From NCBI RefSeq assembly GCF_009914755.1, contig NC_060928.1: 64,000 bases of DNA; one strand, written 5' to 3'. The DNA comes from the human T2T-CHM13v2.0 reference genome, Homo sapiens. Below are positions 14,311 to 30,864 of the stretch, in pieces. The notes under the pieces were generated by a model. It was not told the origin of the DNA. It saw nothing but the letters and a program-made list of their open reading frames with translations, and did not search any database. Position 1 is the first letter of the stretch, and every line of letters starts with the position of its first letter. Both the position numbers and the translations under genes were made by a program.

Positions 14311-14660
14311 TGCAGTAGATGCTGTGCTATAAAGCTCCTTTCAGATAACCCTTAGGATTGAGGCTTTCATTCTCCAAAAATTGATATCAATCAAAAGGAA
14401 TTGCTTCACTGGAGATTGTTGTCTTCTCAGGGGTAGTATTCATCCAGTGGTCAATGCAGGGATATAAAATCCAGACCCCTTTACCTGAAATAAAGATTTC
14501 TCAGATTGAGAGCTTTCTACATAGCATTACAACTTTCTCATTCCAGTCCTTCTTCCCTCACTCCATAATAGGTGTTGATCCTGAGAGCACTCCCTAACAA
14601 ACTACAGGCAAGCAAAGCTCCATCTCAGAGTCTGTTTCCCAGGAAACCCTACTTATGACA
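14311..14660 (+). mobile_element. LTR16C-like 3' LTR
   Basis: 'tgcagtagatgctgtg...ggtgttgatcctgagagcactccc...ctccatctcagagtctgtttcccaggaaaccc...gaca'. Confidence 0.8.
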
Positions 14661-15289
14661 GGGTTTATTTATTTTTACTTTTAAAATTCTTAGAATATTT
14701 TTGGACATACTGTCATGTAGCTTGTCCGAAGGAGCCCTAAATACCAAAGCTTAAATGCATTACAGATCCTTTCCATAGTCACACAATCAAACCATATTTT
14801 TAAAAGTTCAAATAACATTTTCTTTGACACAGAGTATAACCAATATCTCCAACAGCCATCAGTGCACCAACTTGGGTCTAAATTATAGTTAAAATTAAAT
14901 CTCAAACATCTTTAATTATGCTTAAGGATTGATTCCTTTGTGACAGTAAGTATGATGTATACCCAGTGTCAAGAATTTCTACCATCATGTCCTGGTTCTA
15001 ATAAAAATGATAAGATTTTTTAAAAAGGAAGGAATGAGATGTTGCTAGTTACACTGAACAGAGTAAAATCAAAGAAAGGATATACTCACTAACTGCAAGT
15101 AAATTTAGCAGAAAAAGGAAATTATGAAACCTGAAATTTACTTCCCTTCCTCTGCTAAGAAGCAGGATCTTGAGCCTATCCAAATGGAAGGATAAATGCG
15201 TAACCTGAAACAGAAGCTAAAGATAATTGAGGAGATAGTAAAAGAACACATGTATACTCTTCGGTGAATGCAACTTTCAGCCACAGAAA

Positions 15290-15829
15290 TAATTCCTAAC
15301 AGACTACTGAGGAAAGTTGTAGTAAGATTATAAAAGCATTGGTAGTAATTTTTGAGTAATTATGGCTAGCTGGATAGTGATAAAGGAAAGATGGAACAAA
15401 TGACATCCTAATTGTGGAAAGGGCAAAAAAGGTGGGAAAAAATTACCAACCAGGGAATCTGTAATTAGACCAAATCTTGGATTATTTAAAGCAGTGTTTG
15501 TGTTTGGAAAGGGAAATAGTTATAGCTGGATATCAGGCATGTTAGAATGATATCAATCTCTTTATTGATTCAAATATTAGAAAACCAGATCATCTGGACC
15601 CATACATAGAGCACTTTAGAATTTCAGCAAGACATTAACAAAGTCTCATGGTAATCATCTGTATAAGAAAAAATTAATGAGTAGGATGATGGCAAAGTTT
15701 GAAATTCCGTAGAAAAAGAATATAGACAATACACTCAGGTCAACTGAAGGTGAAGTCCAGAGGACTATGGCTGCTAAGATCTATAAAACATTTCTTAATA
15801 TTTTGTACAGTTATATAGATAGCCATCAA

Positions 15830-15860
<31 letters not shown>

Positions 15861-16400
15861 GTTGGTGAGACGGAGTTTCACTCTTGTTGCCCAGGCTGGA
15901 GTTCAATGGTGTGATCTCAGCTCACTGAAACCTCTGCCTCCTGGGTTCAAGTGATTCTCCTGCCTCAGCCTCCTGAGTAGCTGGGATTACAGGCGCACAT
16001 CACCACGCCCAGCTAATTTTGTATTTTTAGTAGAGATGGGATTTCTCCATGTTGGTCAGGCTAGACTCGAACTCCTGACCTCAGGTGATACGCACGCCTC
16101 GACCTCCCAAAGTGCTGGGATTACAAGCATGAGCCACTGCGCCCAGCCTGATGGTCATCAATACTTCTGAGGATAATTGAGAAGACAAAAATCAGAGATC
16201 CAAAAAATTTCCTACATTATCAGATGATATAAACACAAGATGAATTCATGAATAGTAAGCCATATATTTAAGTAGCAACAATCCAGGATGATAAGAACAC
16301 TAGCTTACTGCTGCCGTTTATGTGAAAGAGACTGAGGTTTCCATTGATTAGAAATAGGAGGAGACATTGCAAAGGGTTGCTGTATTGATAGCAGAATTAT
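15290..16400 (+). mobile_element. L3/CR1 LINE remnant, split by an Alu
   Basis: CR1 RT-like motif 'aatttcagcaagacattaacaaagtctc' (degenerate DFSKAFDKV) and 'gaagacaaaaatcag'. Confidence 0.5.
15833..16148 (-). mobile_element. AluSp
   Basis: 'gagtttcactcttgttgccc', 'tttctccatgttggtcagg'; degenerate TSD gatagccatcaatactt/gatggtcatcaatactt. Confidence 0.93.
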
Positions 16401-16514
16401 TATACAAGTCATCAAAAAATGATAATCACAACTATGGGCTTCTGAAAGTGAATCTTAAAGTCTGTCCAGAGTTCAAATTGTTATATATTAAGGGGAAAAA
16501 ATGGCAAGAAAGAG

Positions 16515-16755
16515 CATCAACATTAAACAGCATTTATTGTATCCCAGGCACTATGTTAATTACACCAGAGCAGCCAATATTTATTTTTTCAATTAATTTT
16601 TCACAATAAGTATTTGACATAGATAAAATTATTCTAGTTTTATAGCCAAATAAATCCAAACTCAAATTGTTTAATAAATCTGGCCAAGCAAAAACAACTG
16701 TAAGTGGAGGAAGTGAGCTTTAACCAAATTCTGTCAAACTCCAAAACTCTTCTAA
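16515..16755 (-). mobile_element. MIR remnant
   Basis: 'ccaggcactatgtta...gtaagtggagga...ctgtcaaactccaaa'. Confidence 0.55.
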
Positions 16756-18023
16756 CTCAGAGTTCCTGATAGAAACAAAACCCTTAGGTCCTTAATGAAG
16801 AAGCTCAAGTTCATGGAAGGTGTGGCAGATATAACAACCTATAATAATGGACCTTTTAGCACTACTCTTACTCATTATCACTGTGACTAAATCAGAAGAA
16901 TCATAATTCTCTTGGTCTAAGTTTTGAAGATATTTTCCTTTGTACTATTTTTTTTTCTTCCACACAGCCTCTCTGTCTTCTTTCTCTCCGTGAGTATAAA
17001 TGAATGCTAAAATATTATTTATAACAACTGAAAACACAGCACAAATGCATATGTCCCTAGCTCTTTCCAACTCACTGAGATTCTTATCTAGAGGTGAATG
17101 GTTATTTTCATTTTATCACATGGTTTCTTAAGTAAGATTATTCTATACATTTTTAATATCACACAAACGGAAATACATTGCCATAGATTCCTTCACATTA
17201 TTTATTGCAAATATTTTGTACCAAGTGATGTCTTAAGGGTGCTTTGTATAACTTTGCTTACACATACACACAAAAATTATCTCACAATTGTGTTTGAATT
17301 GTTTCTTGAGTCTTACCAAGATCATGATAGTGCAAATCTGCTGGATGTGACAACAGTGGTGAGAATTTTCCAAAGCCAAATGGCTATTCTCTAGGCCAGA
17401 CTTTTGGTTGATCAAAGATAATTGAGAGCCATTTTAACAGCTAGCTAGTAATGATAAATAGATAGATTTTTAGATTTTGACTCTATTTGCTTAAAAGAAA
17501 ATGTAAAATCTGTAACAGAAGACATTCATTTTTGGCATAAGGTCTCTTGACTCATAAGACTATAGGCTCTGAGAAGGTTACTTCATTTATATTTGACTCC
17601 ATTCCATGATATACTCTTGTAATCTTTTAAGGTTGTTTATTTTTAGGCCTTGGAATACAAGGGCCACATGCCTTCAATTTGGGCTTACTACCTAGCTTCA
17701 GGATGCCTGACCTACAATGTTCTACCATGTTATTTACTATTTTGTCCTTTGCATTTTTGTAGATATTCCCCCACTGTAGACCTGAGGCATTATAATTGCA
17801 GCAATATTGTCTGGTTGACTCAAGAGCAATAGTTTTCAAAATTTGTATATTTAAATTCTGCTACTTGCTAAGAATAACTTTTAAAATGTTTGCTTACTTA
17901 TTTATATCTTGTCTAGAGAAGCTTCCTTTATTTTGATATGGTAGAGAATCTGATTTGTAATTAACTCAGGGCGTATTAAGCTCGTACTAAAATATTCAAA
18001 CACTACATTAAGAAATATATCCT

Positions 18024-18319
18024 GGCTGGGCACAGTGGCTCATGCATCTAAGCCCAACGCTTTGGGAGGCCAAAGCAAGAGGGTTGCTTGAGTCTGGTAG
18101 TTTGAGAGCAGCTCAGGCAACATACCAAGACCCTATCTTTACAAAAAATTTAAAAATTAGCCAGGAGTGGTGGTGCATGCCTGTAGTCCTAGCTTCTTAG
18201 GAGGCTAAGGCAGGAGGACTGCTTGAGCCCAGGAGTTAGAGGTTACAAAGAGCTGTGATGATGCCATTGTACTATAGCCTGGGTGACAGAGTGAGACCTT
18301 GTCACTTAAAAGAAAAAAA
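18024..18319 (+). mobile_element. AluJ
   Basis: Dimer with J-type 'gcttgagcccaggagtt'. Confidence 0.92.
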
Positions 18320-19071
18320 CAATGTGTGTCCCATTTCTAGTCTGAGAGTACAGTTTAGAAGGTAAAATGGCAATGCATGACCTTATGATGACATTAATGA
18401 TATTATAGTTTTCAAAACTAAGTTACCAAGAGTGGTATCCAAACTCAACTATTAAAATCCTAATCCTTAAGGAATTCACATTTGGAATGAAAAGTTTGTG
18501 TGATTTACTGAAGAAAAGAATTATTAAATGCCTAAGTATAGAAAGATAGTGAAATAACTGTCTAAACTTTAATCACGTTGTGTTTATATTGTTGTGGCCT
18601 GTAATGTTTTATTTATTAATGATTTATGTTTATGAATCAGAGTAAGATACTCCAATCTTTTAAATATGAATTTAAATATTATCTCTTCAATTTATGAGAA
18701 ACAAAGGCAGAGAAGCATATGAAGCAATATTGTTTTATTTTAAAAGGAAAAGACAAAAATTATGAAAACTTACAGTGTTTCTTAAAAGTAGATTGAGATC
18801 ATTTTTCAATCTTAAAATATTGCTTGTATTCTGGTATAAATTGTTATACTCAATATAAATAATAATTTTAACTTATTACAACTTGTGTAATTCTTACATT
18901 GCTTGGTTAACTATAGCCCCATACATGTTAATGTATTTAGAAGTTGCTGTCATTCACACCACATAGGAACCATATGTGGTATCAGCTATGGTGCCATAAC
19001 TGAAATGTGTTAACAGCTGTTGCAACAGACCAAAGAAATCAATGTGAATTAATACCTGCCTTGAATTGTTT

Positions 19072-19394
<323 letters not shown>

Positions 19395-19486
19395 TTGAAT
19401 TGTTTGAAAGTGAAAATTATTACAGTGATATTAATGATGAGTGTACAAATCTAGACCCATATACAACATTCTACATATATATGTAA

Positions 19487-19531
19487 TTAGATAGACATCG
19501 ATAGATAGATTAGATAGATAGATAGATAGAT
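19487..19531 (+). repeat. (TAGA)n microsatellite, interrupted
   Basis: Directly visible. Confidence 0.9.
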
Positions 19532-19569
19532 GCTACTAAGTATTGATTAGTGTTAATAAAAAGCAAAAT

Positions 19570-19790
19570 TAATTGAAGTACCAATCATGTGCCTCACTGT
19601 GCTAGGCCTTTAGTCCTAATAGGAACTTTATAAGGTAGGTAATTTTATAACTCTGTATAACAGATTAAAAGACTGAAATTAAGAATTTAGGTAATTTTCC
19701 CTAGTAGTCAGCCAGCAGATAAATGGAGTCTTGACTCGTTAACATTTGGAATGTGAAGGCCAAAGGTGTTGACTTTAGCACTTCAGTTCT
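19570..19790 (-). mobile_element. MIR remnant
   Basis: 'gtgcctcactgtgctagg...aaggtaggtaat...cagattaaaagactgaa'. Confidence 0.55.
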
Positions 19791-20727
19791 TGAATATGCC
19801 TTTATTTTATTTTAAACAGATTCTTTTTTCTTTGAGAATCTCCATACTTGGAGATTTTTAAAAAGAACATACATATATGTATAAGTGTGTGTGTGTTTGC
19901 ATAAATCATAGCTACAGCAAAAAACCTCCTCAGAAAGAATGATTTAAGTTATATTCAAAATGGGGTGATTTAGAATAAGTCTATAAATATAAAAATATAA
20001 AATCTAAACTTCAACAAAAAAGCTATGTCACGGTTTTCCATGGTACATTAATTCAAAGAAAACGTATTTATTTTGCTCCCAGTGAGATACCTTGAGAACA
20101 AACAAGGATGAATCAGATACCAGGCCTATTACCAAAAATCTTATAATAATAAAGAGTCAATGTCTTACACAAGAATAAGAGCAGAATTTATTAATGAAAT
20201 GCCATAAGAAAAGCATAAATAAAACAAATCCTGAGGGGGTTATAACAGGGGAGATGTCTACTTGGGAGATGAGCAGTTTCATTAGAAAAAAATAAGAGGG
20301 AAAATTACATTTCAGCTAGCTGTGAATATTGACATATCAAACTGGAAGAAATAGAAGGACCAAAAAAAGAGAGGCTGTATAAAGGCAATATGTCTGTTAA
20401 GCAAGATATGTTAGCAGAAAAATGGGAGGTAATATTAAGGAAACCTAGAGACTAGGAGGCTGAGTTTTAAACTTTTTTCCATTACTGGGGGGAGACCTTA
20501 TAAAGATGTATGTGCAGGAAACCAACATGTTCAAAATTGGACTTCAAGGGCATCAATTTGTAAAAAGGATCAGAGCTAAGAAAGTCTAAAGCCTACCTGA
20601 TAAGGTAGCTACTGCCATATTCCACTTAAATGTCACCTACACTTTGGATTTAAAGGCAGATACCATATTACATAGAGGTCTACACATATCTCTGGTAATA
20701 AACAAAAGTACTAGTACATTTTTGTCA

Positions 20728-20900
20728 TCAAGGGCAAAAATCAACCTATGGGACAAATCCAGGTGCCATAAACAAAATATAATGTAGCACCTATTTTTTT
20801 TAAATAAAATACAGTCATGCTCACTCATTTATGTCTTTTCTATGGCTACTTTTACTCTGCGATGGCATAGTTGAATAGCTGCCACAGAGACCGTGTGGCT
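20728..20900 (-). mobile_element. MER58A (hAT-Charlie) fragment
   Basis: 'ctatggctactttt...ggcatagttgaatagctgccacagagaccgtgtggc'. Confidence 0.75.
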
Positions 20901-21147
20901 ATACCAGTTTTTTCAAATGTGGGAAAAAGCATTTTAATAGAAACAGGAAGTATTTTGAAATACTTGTCTCAACATAATTGTTGGAGAACACACTTTTTAC
21001 ATAAATGAAACATATCTCCATGTGTTTAATATGTAAATATCTTATGTGTTTGACTCATTTAATTTGCCTATATAGTCTCATAGGTGTATAAGTTGTCAAC
21101 TACTGTGTCTACCTATGTTTTAACCTACAGACTTTTCTTTAACTTTT

Positions 21148-24100
21148 TTTTTTTGACTTTTCTTTTTTATTATACTTTTAAGTTCTGGTATACATGTGCA
21201 GAACGTGCAGGTTTGTTACATAGATATACACATGCCATGGTGGTTTGTTGCACCCATCAATCTGTCATCTACATTAGTTATTTCTCATAATGCTATCCCT
21301 CCCTTAGCCCCGCAACCCACAGCAGGCCCCGATGTGTGATGTTCCCCTCCCTGTGTCCATGTGTTCTCATTGTTCTACTGCCATTTATGAATGAGAACAT
21401 GCGGTATTTGGTTTTCTGTTTCTGTGTTAGTTTGCTGAGAATGATGGTTTTCAGCTTCATCCATGTCCCTGCAAAGGACATGAACTCATCCTTTTTTATG
21501 GCTGCATAGTGTATATGTGCCACATTTTCTTTATCCAGTCTATCATTGACAGTCACTTGGGATGGTTCCAAGTCTTTGCTATTGTGAATAGTACTCCAAT
21601 AAACATATGTGTGCATCTGTCTTCACAGTAGAATAATTTATAGTCCTTTGGGTATATACCCAGTAAAGGGGTTGCTGGGTCAAATGGTATTTTTGGTTCT
21701 AGATCCTTGAGTAATTGCCACACTGTCTTCCACAATAGTTGAACTAATTTACACTCCCAACAAGAATGTGAAAGCATTCCTATTTCTCCACATCCTCTCC
21801 AGCATCTGCTGTTTCCTGACTTTTTAATGATCACCATTCTAACTGGCCTGAGATGATATCTCATTGTGGTTTTGAATTGCATTTCTCTAATCACCAGTAA
21901 TGATGAGCTTTCTTTCATATGTTTGTTGGCCACATACATGTCTTATTTTGAGAAGTGTCTGTTCATATCTTTTGCCCACTTTTTGATGGGGTTGTTTGTT
22001 TTTGTCTTTGAAATTTATTTAAGTTCTTTGTAGATTCTGGATATTAGCCCTTTGTCAGATGGATAGATTGCAAAATTTTTATCCCATTCTGTATGTTGCC
22101 TGTTCACTCTGATGATAGTTTCTTTTGCTGTGCTGAAGCTCTTTTGTTTAATTAGATCCCACTTGTCAATTATGGCTTTGGTTGCCATTGCTTTTGGTGT
22201 TGTAGCTATAGAGTCTTTGCCCATGCCTATGTTCTGAATGGTATTCCCTAGGTTTCTTCTCAAGTTTGTCTGGTTTTAGTTCTTACATTTAAGTCTTTAA
22301 TCCATCTTGAGTTAATTTTTGTATAAGGTGTAAGGAAGAGGTCCAGTTTCAGTTTTCTGCATATGGCTAGCCAGTTTTCCCCACACCATTTAATAAACAG
22401 GGAGTCCTTTCCCCATTGCTTGTTTTTGTCAGGTTTGTCAAAGATCAGATGGTTGTAGATGTGTGGTATTATTTCTGAGGCCACTGTTCTGTTGCACTGG
22501 TCTCATACCTGTTTTGGTACCAGTACCATGCTGTTTTGGTTACTGTAGTCTTGTAGTATAGTTTGAAGTCAGGTAGCATGATGCGGCCAGCTTTGTTCTT
22601 TTGCTCAGGATTGTCTTGGCAATACAGGCTCTTTTTTAGTTCCACATGAAATTTAAAGTAGTTTTTTTTCCTAATTCTGTGAAGAAAGTCAATGGTAGCT
22701 TGATGGAGATAGCATTGAATCTGTAAATTCCTTTGGGCAGTAAGGACATTTTCATGATGTTGATTCTTCCTATGCATGAGCATAGAATGTTTTTCCATTT
22801 GTTTGTGTCCTCTCTTATTTTCTTATTTCCTTAGTTCTCAGTTCTATGGAATCAGTGGTGATCTCTATCATTTTTTATTGTGTCGATTTGATTCTTCTCT
22901 CTTTTCTTCTTTATTAGTCTGGCTAGAAGTCTATTTCTTATTTCCTTAGTTCTCCTTTCAGAGGTGCTTAACATCGCCTATAAGTTGTATTTCTAGGTAT
23001 TTTATTCTCTTTGTAGCAATTGTGGATGGGAGTTCACTCATGATTTGGTTCTCTGTTTTTCTATTATTGGTGTGTAGGAATGCTTGTGATTTTTGCACAT
23101 TGATTTTGGATCCTGAGATTTTGCTGAAGTTGCATATCAGCTTAAGGAGATTTGGGGCTGAGATGATGAGGTTTTCTAAATAGACAATCATGTCATCGGC
23201 AAACCGAGACAATTAGACTTCTTCTCTTCCTATTTGAATGCCCTTTATTTATTTCTTTCTCTCGATTGCCCTGGCCAGAACTTCCAATACTATGTTGAAT
23301 AGGAGTGGTGAGAGAAGGCATCCTTGTCTTGTGCTGGTTTTCAAAGGGAATGCTTCCAACTTTAGCCCATTCAGTGTGATATTGGCTGTGGGCTTGTCAT
23401 AAATAGCTCTTATTATTTTGAGATACGTCCCATCAATATCTAGTTTATTGAGAGCTTTTATCATGAAGCGTTGTTGAATTTTATCAAAGGCCTTTTCTGC
23501 GTTTATTGAGATAATCATGTGGTTTTTGTCATTGGTTCCATTTATGTGATGGATTACATTTATTGATTTGCACACGTTAAACCAGTCTTGCATCCCAGGG
23601 ATGAGGCTGACTTGATCGTGTTTGATAACCTTTTTGATGTGCTGCTGGATTCGGTTTGCCTGTATTTTATTGAGGATTTTCACATCGATGTTCATCAGGG
23701 ATATTGGCCTGATATTTTCTCTTTTTGTTGTATCTCTGCCAGGTTTTGGAATCAGGATGATGCTAGCCTAATAAAATGAGTTAGGGAGGAGATCCTCTTT
23801 TCCTATTGTTTGGAATAGTTTCAGAAGGAATGGTACCAGATCCTCGTTGTACCTCTGGTAGAATTTGTCTGTGAATCTGTCTGTTCCTGGGCTTTTTTTG
23901 GTTGATGGGCTATTAATTACTGCCTCAATTTCAGAACTTGTTATTGATCTATTCAGGGATTCAACTTATTCCTGGTTTAGTCCTGGGAGGGTGCATGTGT
24001 CCAGGAATTTATTCATTTCCTCTAGATTTTCTAGTTTATTTGCATAGAGGTGTTTATAGTATTCTCTGATGGTAGTTTGTATTTCTGGGGGGTCAGTGGT

Positions 24101-24361
24101 GACCTCTTTATCATATTTTTATGTATCTATTTGATTCTTCTCTCTTTTCTTACTTATTAGTATGACTAGCAGTCTATTTTTTTTTTTATCTTTTCAAAAA
24201 ACCAGCTTCAGGATTCATTTATTTTTTTGAATGGTTTTTTGTGTCTCTATCTCCTTCAGTTCTGCTCTGTTCTTAGTTATTTCTTGTCTTCTCCTAGCTT
24301 TTGAATTTGCTCTTGCTTCTCTAGTTCTTTTAATTATGATGTTAGATTGTCGATTTCAGAC
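21148..24361 (-). mobile_element. 5'-truncated L1PA7-like element (~3.2 kb) inserted at the tail of an older L1
   Basis: 3' UTR plus ORF2 fragments (FADDM at ORF 22958-23212); probable TSD ctttaactttt/ctttgactttt. Confidence 0.92.
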
Positions 24362-27030
24362 CTTTGACTTTTAATTTAGGTTCAGGGGTGCATGTGCAGG
24401 CTTGCTACATGGGTAAATTATGTATCACTGAGGTTTGGTATACAAATGATCCCACCATGTATGTAATAAACATGGTACCTGATAGGTAGTTTTTCAATCC
24501 ATGCCCCCTCACACCTTCCCACATCAAGTAGTCCCAGGTGTCTATTGCTACCATCTTTATATCCATGTGTACTCAATATTTAGTACCCTGCTTATAAGTA
24601 AGAATGCCAATATTTGGTTTTCTTTTTCTATGTTAATTTGTTTAGGATAATAGCCTCCAATTGCATCCATGCTACTGCAGAGAACATAATCTCATCCTTT
24701 TTATGGCTGTGTAGTATTCCATGGTGTATAGGTACCATATTTTGTGTATCCACTGCACCGCTGATGGACATCTTGGTTGATATGTCTTCGTTTTTGTGAG
24801 CAGTGCTGCAAGTGACATATGAATACATATGTATTTTTGGTAGAATGATTTCTTTGCCTTTGATTATACACACAGTATTGGGATTGCTAGGTCAAATGGT
24901 AGTTCTGTTTTAAGTTCTTTGAGAAATCTTCACACTGTTTTTCAGAGTGGCTGAAATAACTTACATTTCTACCATCAATGTCTAAGTGCTCCCTTTCCTC
25001 CATAACCTTGACAACATCTCTTATTTTTCTTTTTTTACTTTTAAAAATAGTAATTTTAACTGGTTTTAGATCGTATCTCATTTTGGTTTTGATTTGCATT
25101 TTTCTAATGATTAGCGATGTTGAGCATTTTTTCATATGTTTGTTAGTGACATGTATGTCTTCTTTTGAGAAGTATCTGTTCATGTCCTTTGCCCACTTTT
25201 TAGTGGGGCTGTGTGTTTTTTTGAGTGATGAGTTGTTTAAATTCCTTATAGGTTCTGAATATTAGACCTTTGTTGGATGCAGTTTCTGAATATTTTCTCC
25301 CATTTTGTTGGTTGTCTGCTGATTTTGTTAATGGTCTCTTTTGCAGTGCAGAAGCTCTTTGATTTAATTTGGTCTCACTTGTCTAAGTTTGGCTTTGTTG
25401 CAATTGTTTGTGGGGACTGAATTATAAATTATTTGGCAAGGCTAATGTCCAGAATGGTATTTCCTAGATTTCTTTTGGTGGGTTTTATTGTCTTACATTA
25501 AGCTTTTAATCCATCTTTGGTTGATTTTTGCACAAGGTGAAAGGAAGAGGTTCAGTTTCAATTTTCTACATATGGCTAGCCAGTTGTCCCAGCAACATTT
25601 ATTGAATAGGGAGTCCTTTCTCTGTTGCTTGTTACGTGGATTTTGTCAAATGTCAGATGGTTGTAGGTGTGTGACTTTATTTCTGGGTTCTCTAACCTGT
25701 TTCATTGGTCCACATGTCTGTTTTTGTCCCAGCACTAGGCTGTTTTGGTTATTGTAGCCTTGTAGCATAGTTTGAAGTCTATTAGTATGATGCCTCCAAC
25801 TTTGTTCTTTTACCTTAGGATGGCTTCCGATATCCAGGCTCTTTTTTGATTCCACACGAATGTTAGAATAGTTTTTTAATAATTAGGTGAAAAAAGACAT
25901 TCTTAGTTTGATAGGAATAACATTAAATCTGTAGATTGCTTTGAGCAAAATTGCCATTTTAACAATATTGATTCTTTCTATCCATGAGCATGAAATCTTT
26001 TATCATTTGTTTTTTGTGTATCTGATTTCTTCAAGTAGTGTTTTTTTGTAATTCATATTGTAGAGATTTTGTTACATTGTTTAGCTGTTATCCTAGATAT
26101 TTTATTCTTCTCCGGTTATTTTAAACGAGATTGTGTTCTCTATTTGGCTCTCAGCTTTAACGTTACAGGTGTATAGATATTTTACTAATTTTTGTGCATT
26201 GATTTTTGTATCCTGAAATTTCACTGAATTAGTTTATCAGTTCTAGGAGCCGGTTAGCAGACTCTCTGGGTTTTCCTAGTAATAAATTCATATTATCTAT
26301 TAAGAGAGATACTTTGGCCTCCTCCATTCTTATTTGATTGCTTTTATTTCTTTCTCTTGCTTGATTGCCCTTGCTAGGGGTTCCAGTAATATGTTGAATA
26401 GGTATGGTGATAGTGGGCATTCTTGTCTTGTTCCAGTTCTCAAGGGGAATCCTTCCAGCTTTTACCCATTCAGTATGATGTTGGATGTGGGTTTGTCATA
26501 GACGACTTTTATTATTTTGAGATATTTTCCTTTGATACTTAGTTTGTTGAGAGTTTTTAACATGAAGCACTGTTGAATTTTATTAAAAGCCTTTTCTGCA
26601 TCTGCTGAGATAAGCATGTGATTATTGTTTTAAAATTTTGTTTGTGAGGTGAATTACATTTATTGATTTATGTATGTTAAACCAACTTCACACCCCAGGT
26701 ATAAAGCCCACTTGACTGGAGTGAATTAACTTTTTGATGTGCTGCTGCATTTCTTTTGCTATTATTTTGTTGAGAATTTTGCATGTATGTTATTTAGGGA
26801 TATTGGTCTGAAGTTTTCTTATTTCAATGTGTTTCTGCCAGGTTTTGATACAGGCATGATGATGGTCTTATATAGTAAATTGGGGAAAAGTCCCTCTTCC
26901 TTGACTTCTTGAAATAACTTCAGCAGGATTGCTACCAGTTTTTCCTTGTATGTCTGATAAAAATTGGCTGTAAATATGTCTTGTCCAGGGTGTTTTCTTT
27001 TTCTGGTTGGATTCTTTTTTTAAAAAATTA

Positions 27031-29368
<2,338 letters not shown>

Positions 29369-30864
29369 AAAAAATTACTGTATTTATTTTTGAACTCATT
29401 ATCGGTCTAACTAGTATTTCCATTTTTTTCTAGTTGAATCTTTGGAGATTATGTTTCCAGGAATTCATCCATTTCTCTTGGGTTTCTGGTTTGTGTGCAC
29501 AGAGGTGTTCATAATAGTCTCTGAGGGTTTTTGTATTTCTGTGGGGTTGGTGGTAATGTCATCTTTGTGATTACTGATTGTGCTTCTTTTGATCTTTCTA
29601 TCTTCACTAGCCCTGTTATCAGTTTATCAATCTTGCTTATTCTTTAAAAAAACAGTTTTTATTTTTGATGATCTTTTGTATGAATTTTTACATCTCAATT
29701 TCATTCAGTTCAGCTCTCATTTTGGTTATTTCTTTTATTCTGTTAGCTTTGGGGATGTTGGCTTTTGTTTTTCTAGGTCCTCTAGGTGTGATGTTAGGTA
29801 GCTAATTTGAGATCTTTCTAACTTCTTGATGTAAGTGTTTAGTGCTATAAAGTTTCCTTTTAACCCTACTTTAGCTATGTCCCTCAGATTCTGGTATATA
29901 TCTCTGTTTTCAGTAGTTTCAAATAATTTTTTGATTTCATCTTTAATTTCATTCATTGCTCAAAAGTCACTCAGGAGCAGGTTGATTGATTTCCATGTAA
30001 TTTTATAGTTTTGAGAGATCGTCTTAGCATTGCTTACTATATTTTATTGTGCTGTGGTCCGAGAGTGTACTTAGTATGATTTTTATTTTGTTAACACTTG
30101 CTTTATGGCTGAGCATGTGGTCAATCTTAGAATATATGTTGTGTGCAGATGAGTAGATTTCATATTCTGTTGTTGTTAGGTGGAGTATTCTGCAGATATT
30201 TGCTAGGTCCATTTGATCAAGTGTTGAGTTTAACTCCTGAGTATCTTTACTGGTATTCTACCTTGATGGTCTGTCTGATACTGTCAGTGGGTTGAAGTCA
30301 CCCATTATTTTGTCATTATCAAAGTCTTTTTGTAGGTATCTAAAAATTTGTTTTATGAATTTGGATTTCCAATGTTGGCTGAGTATACATTTAGAATAGT
30401 TGTCTTCTTGTGGAACTGAACCCTGTATCAAAATGTAATGCCTTTCTTTGTCCCTTTAAATCATGGTTCGTGTAAAGTCTGTTTTGTCTGATATAAGGAT
30501 TTCAACTACTACTCACTTTTTGTTTTCTGTTTGCCTGCTACATCTTTCTCTATCTCTTTACTTTGAGCCTGTGTGTGTAATTACGTGTGAAATAGGTCCC
30601 TTGAAAACAGCAGACAGGTGAGTGTTGCCTCTGTATCCAACTTGACACCCTATGCCCTTTAAGTGGGTCATTAACCCCTTTATATTCATGGTGAACACTG
30701 ATACGTAAAGATTTGACCCTGTCGTCTTGTTGTTAGCTAGTTGTTATGTATACTTGATTGTATAGTTGCTTTATATTGTCAGTTGTCTATATTAAGTGTG
30801 ATTTTGTGGTGGCATTTATCAGTCTTTTGTTTTCATGTTTAGCACTCCTGTATGGACCTCTTTT

